DNA from: an uncultured Actinomycetota bacterium
GTDB taxonomy: Bacteria > Actinomycetota > Actinomycetes > JAHEKZ01
Reading direction: 5' to 3'
Length of the DNA stretch: 64,000 nucleotides
NCBI GenBank assembly: GCA_963718235.1
Contig: CAVQYR010000001.1
Location: 1,120,001-1,184,000, forward strand
Shown: positions 55,451-64,000 of the stretch, piece by piece
Position numbering within the stretch: the stretch's first letter is position 1
Layout of the letters: the number at the start of each line of letters is the position of its first letter
Notes under the pieces: generated by a model
The model's input: the letters and a program-made list of their open reading frames with translations, nothing else
The model's database searches: none
What the model was told of the DNA's origin: nothing
Position numbers and translations under genes: made by a program

Positions 55451-55631
55451 TGCGGACCTCCAGGAGAGACGGGAAAGGAAGCCCGTACTCATCCAGAAGG
55501 CGGCGCATCGGTCCAGCAATCCGGTTCGACAACCGAGGAAGAACCAGCATTAGGTGCGGTCGGGGATGGGGTCGACCTTGCGAGTTTGAGGCCGTGCCCG
55601 GGCTTCGTCGTGTTGTCATGGAGAGGTGAAG

Positions 55632-56120
55632 ATGCCCTCCCGCAGACGTCCTCTGGCTGCGGTGGCCGTCGTGGCCGTCATCGTGCTCGTGGCGGGAGGT
55701 TGGTTGCTCCGCCCAGCATTGGCACATCCCGGAGAGCACTTCGTGGCTGGCGGAGCGGGGTTGACGGGTTCGGTATCCCTGCAGCCGGGACTCATGGCGG
55801 GCGAGACGGCGTACGCCGATGCCAGCGGCTCATGTTTGTACGACGCTGGCAGGCACGTTGCTCTGGTGCCGGTGCAGGTCAAGGGGCGTGGCGAAGGAGC
55901 GATGACACTCCACGTCACCGCGACGGTCGCGAAGCAGGCGTCCGGTGACGAAGCCATCCAGACCGCTGACACTGACATCCCTTACCAAGCCTCGGCGCAC
56001 GGCCACATGGGGACGTGGATCCAGATCCCGTTGGACCAGGCAGCCTGGCAGGCCGGAGCGACCGACTGCCGGGTGCGCTGGACGATGACCGCCGGTGCCT
56101 GGTTTCCCAACGACGATTGA
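55632..56120 (+). CDS. Hypothetical exported or membrane-anchored protein
   Basis: GAGAGG RBS; RRR followed by a hydrophobic segment; Cys pair. Confidence 0.6.
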   Translation: MPSRRRPLAAVAVVAVIVLVAGGWLLRPALAHPGEHFVAGGAGLTGSVSLQPGLMAGETAYADASGSCLYDAGRHVALVPVQVKGRGEGAMTLHVTATVAKQASGDEAIQTADTDIPYQASAHGHMGTWIQIPLDQAAWQAGATDCRVRWTMTAGAWFPNDD

Positions 56121-56190
56121 CCACCCGGCCCAGCCCGTAAGTGCCGATAGGGAGTGGTCCGACACCGACCGAGCAGGCCCGTGTCACGGG

Positions 56191-56508
56191 CTAGGAACCG
56201 GGCATGTCCAGCATCTGCAAGATCTCGATCGAGCCGATCTGGTTGTGGGGGTGACCCGAGAGCACAGCTCGGACCGCATCCACGTCCTCGGCTTGGAGGA
56301 TCGAGTACCCGCCGACCCAGCCCGCCGGACCCGGGTCCTCATCGCTCGTCGGTTGGGTCGGGACGCCCCAGTCGACGAGAGCATCCCCAGCGGCCGCACC
56401 CCAAGCCATCCAGGCGTCCATGCTCGCCTGGCGCTCCTCGGGGGTCGTGCTCGCCATCTGCTCACCCATGGACATCGTGGAGCGGTAGAGCACAAGGAAC
56501 TTCTGCAT
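56191..56508 (-). CDS. YciI-like protein
   Basis: KFLVLY, AWMAW..LVDWG, GGYSILQA, HPH. Confidence 0.8.
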   Translation of the reverse strand: MQKFLVLYRSTMSMGEQMASTTPEERQASMDAWMAWGAAAGDALVDWGVPTQPTSDEDPGPAGWVGGYSILQAEDVDAVRAVLSGHPHNQIGSIEILQMLDMPGS

Positions 56509-56967
56509 GGCTTAGTCCTCTCGGTTGAGGCCCACGGCGAATGCCGGAGACCGTCAGCGTCGCCCAGCCGCGCCTTCATGGCAAGGGTCAACTGCAAGCA
56601 CTCAGGCGACGCGAGGCACCCTGCCGATGTGCCGTTAGGCATCATCCGCGTTGAGGGGTCGTCAGGCTCGACCTGGGGCGTCGTCGAGGTAACAGTCGGT
56701 GTGCCGGGAGATGGGCTTGAACGCGCCGAGGCTCTCCTTGCCGGGCGGCTGGTGGATGACCAGGGCCTCGCCCGCGGCGGGTCGTGCATAGGGCCGATCG
56801 CTGGTGCAGACCGAGCGCGTTGTCCGGCATCTGGCGCGGCTTACGAGCGCCTGGGGACCTATGGCCCAGTGAAGTCGGTCTGATTCGAGACGAGCATGGG
56901 TCGGGGCGGTCGCATGAGCCCGACAGTGTTGCCGCTTCTTCCGGAGCCTGGAAGGAGGTCGGTGTCG

Positions 56968-57921
56968 ATGTCCGTTAGCCACCATCTGACCCATCCTTCG
57001 GACACCTTGCTTGGTGCCGATCCGTGCCACGATGTCGAGAGCCTTTCGGCTGAGGTTGCCCTCTACGGTGTGCCTTGGGATGCCGGGAGCGTGAACATGC
57101 TTGTGGCACCGGGGACCCGCTTCGGTCCGACCGCACTTCGTCGCAACAACGTCAGACTTGGCGGGTGTGTCGCCGACGCACACATCATCGACCTGGAGAC
57201 AGGCAAGGAGCGGCTCGACGGATGCACCTTGGCCGACCTCGGTGATATCGACCTGATGCCATCGCTGGGAGCCGAAGAGAACTTCGAACGGATCACTGAG
57301 GTGGCCCGGCTGGTTGCTTCCCGTGACGCGTTGCCCGTCGCGGTTGGCGGCGATCACTCGATCAGCTTCCCCGCTGGTCGTGGAGCGATGTCCCGCTACG
57401 ACAGCGTCGACATCGTGCATCTCGACGCGCACGCAGACTTCGACGACGAGATTGGCGGCTCCAAACTGACTCATGGTTCAAACCTGCGACGGCTCTCTGA
57501 ACTGCCTAACGTTCGGTACATCACCGCCCTCGGGCTCCGTCACGTGTGGCGAACCGCGTACGAGCCGATGCTCGAGTACGGAGTGAAGTTCGCGTCATCT
57601 CGTCTGATGTTCCAGGAATCACCTACCGACATCGTCGGCCAGCTGGTCCCGAAAGCAGAGAACATCTACGTCAGCATCGACATCGACGTGCTCGACGCCT
57701 CCGTCGTCCCCGGAACCTCACTACCCGAACCCGGCGGGTTGACCTACAACATGCTCATCGAGACCCTCGCAGCCGTCGCCACGCGAGGCCGGATCATTGG
57801 GGTGGACATCGTCGAGATCAATCCGATGAACGACGCCAGCAATAGCTACTCGATGGCAGCGCGAGTCTCGTCGTGGGTCCTGTTTGAGTTCCTTTCTGCG
57901 ATCCGCGAGGCGCGCCTATAG
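56968..57921 (+). CDS. Ureohydrolase (agmatinase/arginase family)
   Basis: GVPWD, GTRFGP, GGDHS, DAHAD, SIDIDVLD, PEPGG, EINP. Confidence 0.92.
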   Translation: MSVSHHLTHPSDTLLGADPCHDVESLSAEVALYGVPWDAGSVNMLVAPGTRFGPTALRRNNVRLGGCVADAHIIDLETGKERLDGCTLADLGDIDLMPSLGAEENFERITEVARLVASRDALPVAVGGDHSISFPAGRGAMSRYDSVDIVHLDAHADFDDEIGGSKLTHGSNLRRLSELPNVRYITALGLRHVWRTAYEPMLEYGVKFASSRLMFQESPTDIVGQLVPKAENIYVSIDIDVLDASVVPGTSLPEPGGLTYNMLIETLAAVATRGRIIGVDIVEINPMNDASNSYSMAARVSSWVLFEFLSAIREARL

Positions 57922-57981
57922 TCGAGCCAAAGCCGACAGCCCCCAAGGAAGAGCTGAGGGCCGCACCGAGGTGCCGTTCGG

Positions 57982-58180
57982 CGCGGTCCGGTTGCACGTA
58001 TCGCTGGGTAGATCGCTGCTCGGCCAAGGACGATGCCCTATCGCCCTCGGCCGCTATGCCGAGGCCGCACCCGTCCTGCAGCAGGCGCGGATCATCTTCG
58101 AAGGACTCCACGCCACCCCCGCCCTCGCCCTCGCCGACATCGACAACCTCCTCGGCGAAGCCACCGCGCTGAGTTCCTGA
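57982..58180 (+). pseudogene. C-terminal fragment of a TPR-type protein
   Basis: GRSLLGQGRC..ALGRYAEAAPVLQQARIIFEGL; no start codon. Confidence 0.55.
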
Positions 58181-58243
58181 GCTGTCTGGGCGGGATCGAC
58201 CGGTGGCCTCGTTCCGTCCGTTCAACTGCCGATCGTGTGTTTC

Positions 58244-58440
58244 TCAGGCCGCTGAACCCCAGCGGGCAGACCGAAGCCCCCGGTACACCGACGCCCGACT
58301 CACCCCGAGCACCCGCGCGATGGTGGCGACGTCATGCTCACCGGACTCGTGCATCGCCTTCGCAGTGGCCAGCTTCTCCGCAGTCCACACGGTCGGCCGC
58401 CCACCCGTACGGACACGGGCCCGAGCCGCCCCAAACCAGC
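58244..58440 (-). pseudogene. C-terminal HTH remnant of a serine resolvase/invertase
   Basis: ARAR..GGRP ... IARVLGVSRASVYR. Confidence 0.75.
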
Positions 58441-58540
58441 ATGCGGGCGTTCGCGCTTCGGGTCCGCTCGGGCGGGGCGAAGGCCTCTGGGCACCGTCCA
58501 ACCTCGGGGAACATGATGAACCAAGAGCGGGAGGTTAGCC

Positions 58541-58888
58541 ATGAGCGCCCCAGAAGCCGAACGCCCGACCCGAATGCCCTGGCTTCGGCGAGCGTGGGTC
58601 GCCGTCGCCGTGATTCCACTTGTCTTCGTGCTTTCCAGTGCTGTGGGCTTCAGTCTGTACAAGGCGACGAACTCCCCGCGCGAGAACATCGACGCTTCCC
58701 TGTGGATGGACCTGTTCAGCGGCGTGCTGTCCGCCGCGATCTTCCTGGTGCCTTGCGCGGCGGCAGCGATCTACGGGAAGCGGGCGATCAGCGATGACGA
58801 CAGGCGCGGCTTGGTCCCTGCAGTCATCGGGGCACTGGCGGGTCTGGGGTACACGGTCGTCGCACTCGTTGCGCTGATTGCCGCCTAG
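58541..58888 (+). CDS. Small membrane protein (3 TM)
   Basis: GGAGG RBS; three hydrophobic segments. Confidence 0.7.
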   Translation: MSAPEAERPTRMPWLRRAWVAVAVIPLVFVLSSAVGFSLYKATNSPRENIDASLWMDLFSGVLSAAIFLVPCAAAAIYGKRAISDDDRRGLVPAVIGALAGLGYTVVALVALIAA

Positions 58889-59035
58889 TTGATCTGTTCA
58901 TGGACGCTGTTGACACGAGTTGAGACCTCCGGCGAGGTATTCACTCCCTCTTCCGCTGGGCAAGCACGCGACTGAACCGACCCATGTGCCATTCCAGGGC
59001 TGGTCTGATGGCGTGACGTGAAGCGGTTCTTGGTC

Positions 59036-59440
59036 TTAGAAGACGCCCGCGTGGTGCTCGGCCACCGGTAGGCCGGTGTCGCGCCAGGCCGCCAGGCCGC
59101 CGTCGATGCTGGCGACGCTTTGGTAGCCGATCTGGCTCAGGGTGACTGCGGCCAGGGCGGCTCGTCCCCCGGTGTTGCAGTAGACGATCACGCGTCGGGT
59201 CGGGTCCAAGCCCACCTGCAGGCTGGCCGGGAGTCGAGGGCCGCATTCTGGGTCGGCGACGAACTCCAATAGCCCCCGGGGCACCAGGACGGCCCCGGAG
59301 ATGTGGACCTCCGACTCGTTCGGTTCGCGGACGTCGACTAGCAGTGGCACACCGGTTGCCAACTCGTTCTGGGCGTCCTGGGGTGAGATGAGTTCGATGC
59401 TGGTCTTGGCTTGCTCCACCAGGTCACGGGTGGACTTCAT
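59036..59440 (-). CDS. Rhodanese-like protein
   Basis: VDVREP, PRGLLEF, YCNTGGRA, GGLAAW. Confidence 0.9.
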   Translation of the reverse strand: MKSTRDLVEQAKTSIELISPQDAQNELATGVPLLVDVREPNESEVHISGAVLVPRGLLEFVADPECGPRLPASLQVGLDPTRRVIVYCNTGGRAALAAVTLSQIGYQSVASIDGGLAAWRDTGLPVAEHHAGVF

Positions 59441-59823
59441 GGCGCACCACACCTTCTGTCGGAGGCGGTCCGGCCGACCTCACTGCCTCCAGGCTGCCCA
59501 GCCGCAACCCACCAGCGATAGGACCGATGGTCCGGACCTGGAACGGCTGTCCACCACCCCGAAGTGCCGATATGCAGCGCTCAGGTGGATTCCTGCGGCG
59601 CTCGTCTGGGCTCGCTTGGTCACCCGGGGCGGACAGCGACGGGCACTGCGTTGAGCGACGACGAAGGCGGTACTGCGAGCGTGGTGAGTGACCTTCGGGC
59701 TCTCCTAGTGACCGTTGGCTATTCCACGCTCCCGTTCAGCGATGAAGCCTCTGACGTGGAATGTGATGCCGCTGATTCCGCCCCGCACGTGGCGTCGATC
59801 GGCGTTTGCGCTGGTCAGGGATC

Positions 59824-59868
59824 TGGAGCGGGTGACCGGGATCGAACCGGCATGGCCAGCTTGGAAGG
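59824..59868 (-). mobile_element. att site: 3' half of tRNA-Gly(TCC), copy 2
   Basis: 44/45 identical to 50913-50957; lies next to the integrase; no tRNA 5' half. Confidence 0.88.
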
Positions 59869-60000
59869 GCGGGCTTGTCCGGGTCGTGTCCAAGTCGGTG
59901 ACCTGCAGTCCCTCGTCTTCAGGGGTGTTCTGCACACCTCCTTGTGGGGGCCTCGTGGAAGGAGCAGGGGTCTCTCACGGTCACCAAGGAGGACGAAGTG

Positions 60001-61407
60001 ATGAAGGACCCCACGATTCACGGCTGGGACGACGGCAAGCATCTCGCTGCAGCAACCGGCGGCGGGCATGACGAGCCTCCTTCTGGTCTCTCGGCTGTCC
60101 GGATTTCCGGGACGACGGGACTGACAGATGGAGGTGTGCACAATGCAGGCGAAGACCGAGGGCCTGGGCCGCGCAAGGCCGCCGGTCGCAGGCGGTCACG
60201 GCGGGTGTTCGGGACGGTGGAGCGGTTGCCGTCGGGTCGGTTCCGGGCTCGGGTGATCGGTCCGGATGGTCGGTATGTGTCGGCGCCGGCGACGTTCGCG
60301 AACCGGACGGATGCTTCGTTGTGGGTGGACGTGCAGCACGCCGACCTGGTTCGCGGCAGTTGGCGGGCGCCGGTCATGGTGTCGGCGTCACCATCGGTGG
60401 CCGTTTACGTGGCGCGGTGGATCGAGGAGCATCCGACCGCCAGGGAGTCGACCAAGGAGCTGTACCGGGGCCTGTTACGCACCTGCATCACCCCGACCAT
60501 GGGTCGCGCCTCGGTGGCGGGGCTGACTGCTGCGGCTGTGAGGCGCTAGCGCCACGCCCTGGGGGAGCGGCTGGCCGCAGACGCCGAACGCCGCCGCGCT
60601 GACCTGCAGACCAAGGGTCGGCAGGGGAGTGCGGCGTCGGTGCGGGACGGCGGCGCGAGGCAGGCGCAGGCGTACCGGTTGCTGCGGGCGGCGATGACCG
60701 CCGCGGTCGGTGATGGGCTGCTGCAGGCGAACCCGTGCACGATCCGCGGCGGCGCCGTCCCGCGTCGGGCGCTCGGCCGGTCTCGGCCGGTCACGGAGCG
60801 TCTGCTTTCCCCGGCCCAGGTCGCCGACGCGGCGGCAGCGATGCCCGCGAGGTATCGGGTGCTGGTGCTGATGGCGGCCTGGTCGGGATTGCGCCAAGGC
60901 GAGCTTCTCGCCCTGACCCGGGCCGACCTGGACCTGGATGCGCTCCCGGCGCGAGTGATGGTTCGCAAGGCGGTGCGCCGCACCGACACCGGCCAGGTGC
61001 GGGTCGATGTGCCTAAGACCGCGTCCTCGGTGCGCACGGTCACGTTGCCCGACCCGCTCACTGGGGCCCTACGGGGACATCTGGAGGAGTTCGTGGCCCT
61101 CGATCGTGAGGCATTGGTGTTCGCCACTCGTACCGGCACGACCCCGGCCCGGTCCAACCTCGGCGCCACCTGGCGCCGCGCCTGCATCAGCGCCGGCGTT
61201 CCACTGGTCCGGTTGCACGACCTACGCCACGTCGCCCAGGTGTTCGCTGCAGAGGCCGGCGCTACCCTGCCCGAGCTGATGGCCAGACTCGGCCACGCCA
61301 CCCCCGCCGCCGCACTGGTGTACCTGCACGCCCGGACCGACCGCGACCTGAAACTCACCCAAGCTCTGGCCACCGCGATGACCGACGCGGCCGGCGCCTC
61401 CGGCTAG
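60001..61407 (+). pseudogene. L5-type tyrosine integrase with in-frame TAG at 60547
   Basis: FGTVERLPSGRFRAR arm-binding domain; GLRQGE, PKT, HDLRH, LGH, Y; both ORF halves share one frame. Confidence 0.9.
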
Positions 61408-61502
61408 CCGAAGCTGACAACGATCCCTGATCAGTGAGCGAATAGTGAGGCGAGCGCGAACGGCACTTCGGTGCGCTCTTTGGGGGCCGCCGACGAGCCC
61501 CC

Positions 61503-61886
61503 TCAGGCGAGAGCAGCCGCATTGGCTGCCTGATCCTCCTGGATGGCCCAGCATTCGACGGCCTTGCCGTCTCGGACGTGCCAGACGAACACGGTTCGGC
61601 CTGAGAAGTGGCGCGGCTTGTCGAACCCGGCTTCTGTCATGACCACGACGTGGTCATCGTCGGCCAGGATCGCGTGGATCTCCTGGTGGAACGTCCCTTC
61701 GGTGATTTGCGCGAGCTTGCCGAAAAGGCCGAATACCTCGTCTCGCCCATGGAAGTCACCACTCAGCACGCTGGTTCCCGGTGCATGCCACGCAATGTCA
61801 TCGGAGAACAGCCCGGCGATGGTATCCATGTCGCCCTTGGCGAATGCCTCGAAGCCCGACTGGATCAACTCAGCGTTTGGGTGCAT
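61503..61886 (-). CDS. SnoaL/NTF2-like protein
   Basis: FEAFAKGD, SGDFHGRDEV, DGKAVE. Confidence 0.88.
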   Translation of the reverse strand: MHPNAELIQSGFEAFAKGDMDTIAGLFSDDIAWHAPGTSVLSGDFHGRDEVFGLFGKLAQITEGTFHQEIHAILADDDHVVVMTEAGFDKPRHFSGRTVFVWHVRDGKAVECWAIQEDQAANAAALA

Positions 61887-62019
61887 GTGCGGACTCCCCT
61901 CAAGGGGCCGCAGACGCAGCCCTTGGGCACGGTCTTACACCCTCCTCATGAGGCGGTCAACGGCTTCCTCTGCTCAGAGGGTGGCGTGCACCAGATCGGC
62001 ACATCGGTTCGGGTCCCGC

Positions 62020-62661
62020 CTAGGTCACCTTGAGGATGATGTCCTTCAACTCGATGAGAGCCGCAACCCGATAGGTCGCCGCTGAGAAGTCTTGTCCACT
62101 CGAGAAGTCGTTGTGGACAACGGCGCAGTCGATACCGGCCGCCACGGCCGAGGTCAGTCCTCTGGAGGAATCCTCGACCACCAACGTCTCTTCCTTGGTG
62201 GCTCCGAAGCGCTTCAAGCCGGTCAAGTACGGCTCCGGGTGCGGCTTGGCGTGCTCGTAGTCCTCGCGAACTAGGACGAAGTCCATGAACTTCCTGATCT
62301 GCCGCTTCTCATGGATGAGGTCGAAGTCGACCTTCTTTGCCGTTGTCACGATGGCCATATGGACGAACATCGACAACTCAGCAAGAGCCTCTGCGACACC
62401 ATCGATCTCAATGGCCTCGGTTCTCAGATACTCCTGGTAGTAGCGGTCGCGAACCTCACGCTGTCTGCTGATCGTCTGCTCATCGACGCCCGCGGCCCTG
62501 GCTTGCGCCCAAGTGCCCAGCCCCAGGTTCATATCGCGGAGGTAGCGGTCTCTTTCCAAGATCACACCGATGTCCTCTAGGGCGCGCTCCCCGGCTTTGA
62601 AGTACCAGAATTCGGTGTCGACAAGGACCCCGTCGTGGTCGAAGAGGACGTACTGCTTCAC
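62020..62661 (-). CDS. HAD-superfamily phosphatase
   Basis: FDHDGVLVDT, KPHPEPY, VEDS..G. Confidence 0.92.
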   Translation of the reverse strand: MKQYVLFDHDGVLVDTEFWYFKAGERALEDIGVILERDRYLRDMNLGLGTWAQARAAGVDEQTISRQREVRDRYYQEYLRTEAIEIDGVAEALAELSMFVHMAIVTTAKKVDFDLIHEKRQIRKFMDFVLVREDYEHAKPHPEPYLTGLKRFGATKEETLVVEDSSRGLTSAVAAGIDCAVVHNDFSSGQDFSAATYRVAALIELKDIILKVT

Positions 62662-62771
62662 TCCCGATTCCTTCCGCCATCCGCCCCAGGACACCTCAAC
62701 GGACGGACCGATGATGCCGTTTCATCGCCCCGTGAGGCGAGCCATAGCGGCACGTCGGCAGCGGAGCGCTC

Positions 62772-63059
62772 TCAGGCGTCGGCCTGGATCTCCACGACGC
62801 GCAGCCCCGCCCGCTCGATCCCAACCTCCGCCTGAGCCGGCGCGTTGGCGGTTACTGCCGCGAGGAACCCGCGTGCCTGCTCAAGGGTCTCGAAGACGAT
62901 GAACGTGACACTCACGTCCGGCTCGTCCACGTCGCCCGCCCAGAACCCCCGGACGAATCCTGGGTTCTGGCTCACACCCGCGACGAGCTTCGGCAGCAGC
63001 CCGGCCTGCTCCTCCCTCATCGAGTTGTCCATTCGCCACGTCCCGGCAACGGCAAACAT
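62772..63059 (-). CDS. Small dimeric alpha-beta barrel (ABM-like) protein
   Basis: GAGGGGAG RBS; PGFVRGFW, VFETLEQA. Confidence 0.7.
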   Translation of the reverse strand: MFAVAGTWRMDNSMREEQAGLLPKLVAGVSQNPGFVRGFWAGDVDEPDVSVTFIVFETLEQARGFLAAVTANAPAQAEVGIERAGLRVVEIQADA

Positions 63060-63266
63060 CAGACTCCCCTCTCGCGATGACGCCAGCAGGACTTGCCATT
63101 CTGCCGTGAGCGCGTGAAGGCGCTAGTGCCTTCTCTTGTCCGATTCATGCGAGAACGGCACGTGACGCGCTACGTCCGCGCTGGTTGCAGGGCGGTTAGT
63201 CTGGCCGAACGAGCCAACTCGGCTCCGCAGTCGTCAACGATACGACGAGCCACCCCGGGAGCACTC

Positions 63267-63731
63267 ATGAGCAGCTTCGACGCCACCAACGGCACCCGTG
63301 GTGCACGGCAGCCCGGCGGCGCCCTTATGGCGTGGTTCAACAAGCGCATGGCCAAGCGGATCCGCGGTGGCGGCGGCAAGGCGCTGGGCCTCGATCCGCT
63401 GCTGCTCATCACCCTGGGGGCCAAGTCGGGCCAAACCCGCGAGACGCCCGTCGCCCGCTTCGCCGGCCCTGACGGCTCCTGGTACGTCGTCGCCTCGGCC
63501 AACGGCGCCGCACGCAACCCGGCCTGGTACTACAACGTCGCCGCCCACCCAGACCAGATCCGCATCGTGATCGACGGGGTCGAGACACCGGTGACGGCGC
63601 AACAACTCCACGGCGACGACCGCGCAGAGGCCTGGAAAGCGATCACACAGGCTCAGGCCCGGTTCGCCAAGTACGAGACCAAGACTGACCGAGACATCCC
63701 AGTCATCCAGCTCACCCCACGTTCGGCCTAG
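63267..63731 (+). CDS. Deazaflavin-dependent nitroreductase (Ddn-like)
   Basis: GAKSGQTRETP, ASANG..NPAWYYN, TDRDIPV. Confidence 0.9.
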   Translation: MSSFDATNGTRGARQPGGALMAWFNKRMAKRIRGGGGKALGLDPLLLITLGAKSGQTRETPVARFAGPDGSWYVVASANGAARNPAWYYNVAAHPDQIRIVIDGVETPVTAQQLHGDDRAEAWKAITQAQARFAKYETKTDRDIPVIQLTPRSA

Positions 63732-63837
63732 ATCAGCCTCGTCCCCGAGTTCAACCGCCATGTCCCGCGAGCACCGCGTCAGAACGGCACATCGGGGCGG
63801 CTCGTAGCGGCAAGCGATCGGCGTATCTGCGACACGG

Positions 63838-64000
63838 CTACAGCGTCACCACTTCCTCCACCTCGCCCGTGGCCGTGTTGGTGATCCCGACGGACGCAAC
63901 GACGGAGTGGATCGGGTGATAGCCGAGCACGGCACCCATGGCGACCAGGACCTGCCGGGGGCCCAGCCGCTGCGTCAGCGTGCAATGCGGCACCCAGCGG
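63838..64000 (-). CDS. 2H phosphoesterase / 2'-5' RNA ligase family, 3' end only
   Basis: WVPHCTL motif; stop at 63838-63840. Confidence 0.6.
   Translation of the reverse strand, partial: RWVPHCTLTQRLGPRQVLVAMGAVLGYHPIHSVVASVGITNTATGEVEEVVTL

Larger units (their letters stand above)
53924..55557. mobile_element. Recombinase module bounded by 14-bp inverted repeats
   Basis: GCGCCTAATGCCGG (53924-53937) versus the reverse complement of 55544-55557, GCACCTAATGCTGG (12/14 identical). Confidence 0.55.
51770..63795. repeat. Dispersed 16-bp site family CCGAW-GTGCCG-WTMKG (about 13 copies, all outside intact genes)
   Basis: Minus strand: 51770, 53304, 53882, 61456, 61992, 62743, 63151, 63780. Plus strand: 56136, 56624, 57966, 58981, 59559 (start positions of 16-mers). 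Confidence 0.8.

Noticed and set aside
56662-56830. Possible gene remnant on the minus strand (HQPPGKESLGAFKPISRH)
   Set aside because: It looks coding but I could not assign a family or a start codon.
50913-59868. Two functional tRNA-Gly genes
   Set aside because: Both copies stop at the anticodon stem and lack the D-arm and the 5' acceptor strand.
60547-60549. Programmed amber readthrough or pyrrolysine
   Set aside because: There are no pyl genes in view; a TGG-to-TAG change is the simpler explanation.
51770-63795. Classical integron with attC sites (GTTAGGC at 56634)
   Set aside because: Only one of the sites has a GTTRRRY match, I saw no paired R''/R' hairpins, genes lie in both orientations, and neither recombinase shows the IntI-specific insertion.
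51770-63795. CRISPR array
   Set aside because: The repeats are 16 bp, degenerate and separated by whole genes; there are no cas genes.

Overview
This is high-GC actinobacterial chromosomal DNA in three parts. (1) Positions 1-30 kb are mostly core-like. They hold a probable histamine/imidazole-acetate catabolic operon (RidA, DUF1028, M20, histamine-dehydrogenase-like flavoprotein, frameshifted aldehyde dehydrogenase, LysR), an agmatine deiminase, and the conserved ssb-ettA-thioesterase ... globin-HNH-pepN-rpiB block. (2) Positions 30-45.7 kb are accessory. They include a multicopper oxidase, an ArsR-led six-gene hydrogenase-related (Ehr/Hyc-like) operon lacking Ni ligands, and an SNF2 helicase. 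(3) Positions 45.7-64 kb are a decayed tandem island region at tRNA-Gly(TCC). It has two 45-bp att fragments, an L5-type integrase with a nonsense codon, a remnant copy of that integrase, a second tyrosine recombinase, Fic, a toxin-antitoxin pair and many small cargo genes. The main observation is that the cargo genes from 51.8 to 63.8 kb are separated by a recurring 16-bp site between the intact genes, CCGAW-GTGCCG-WTMKG. The site has imperfect inverted 5-bp arms around a fixed asymmetric 6-bp spacer, which is the layout of a tyrosine-recombinase core site. This suggests an integron-like gene-cassette system that does not use attC sites. Family calls come from motifs and recall, not from database searches.
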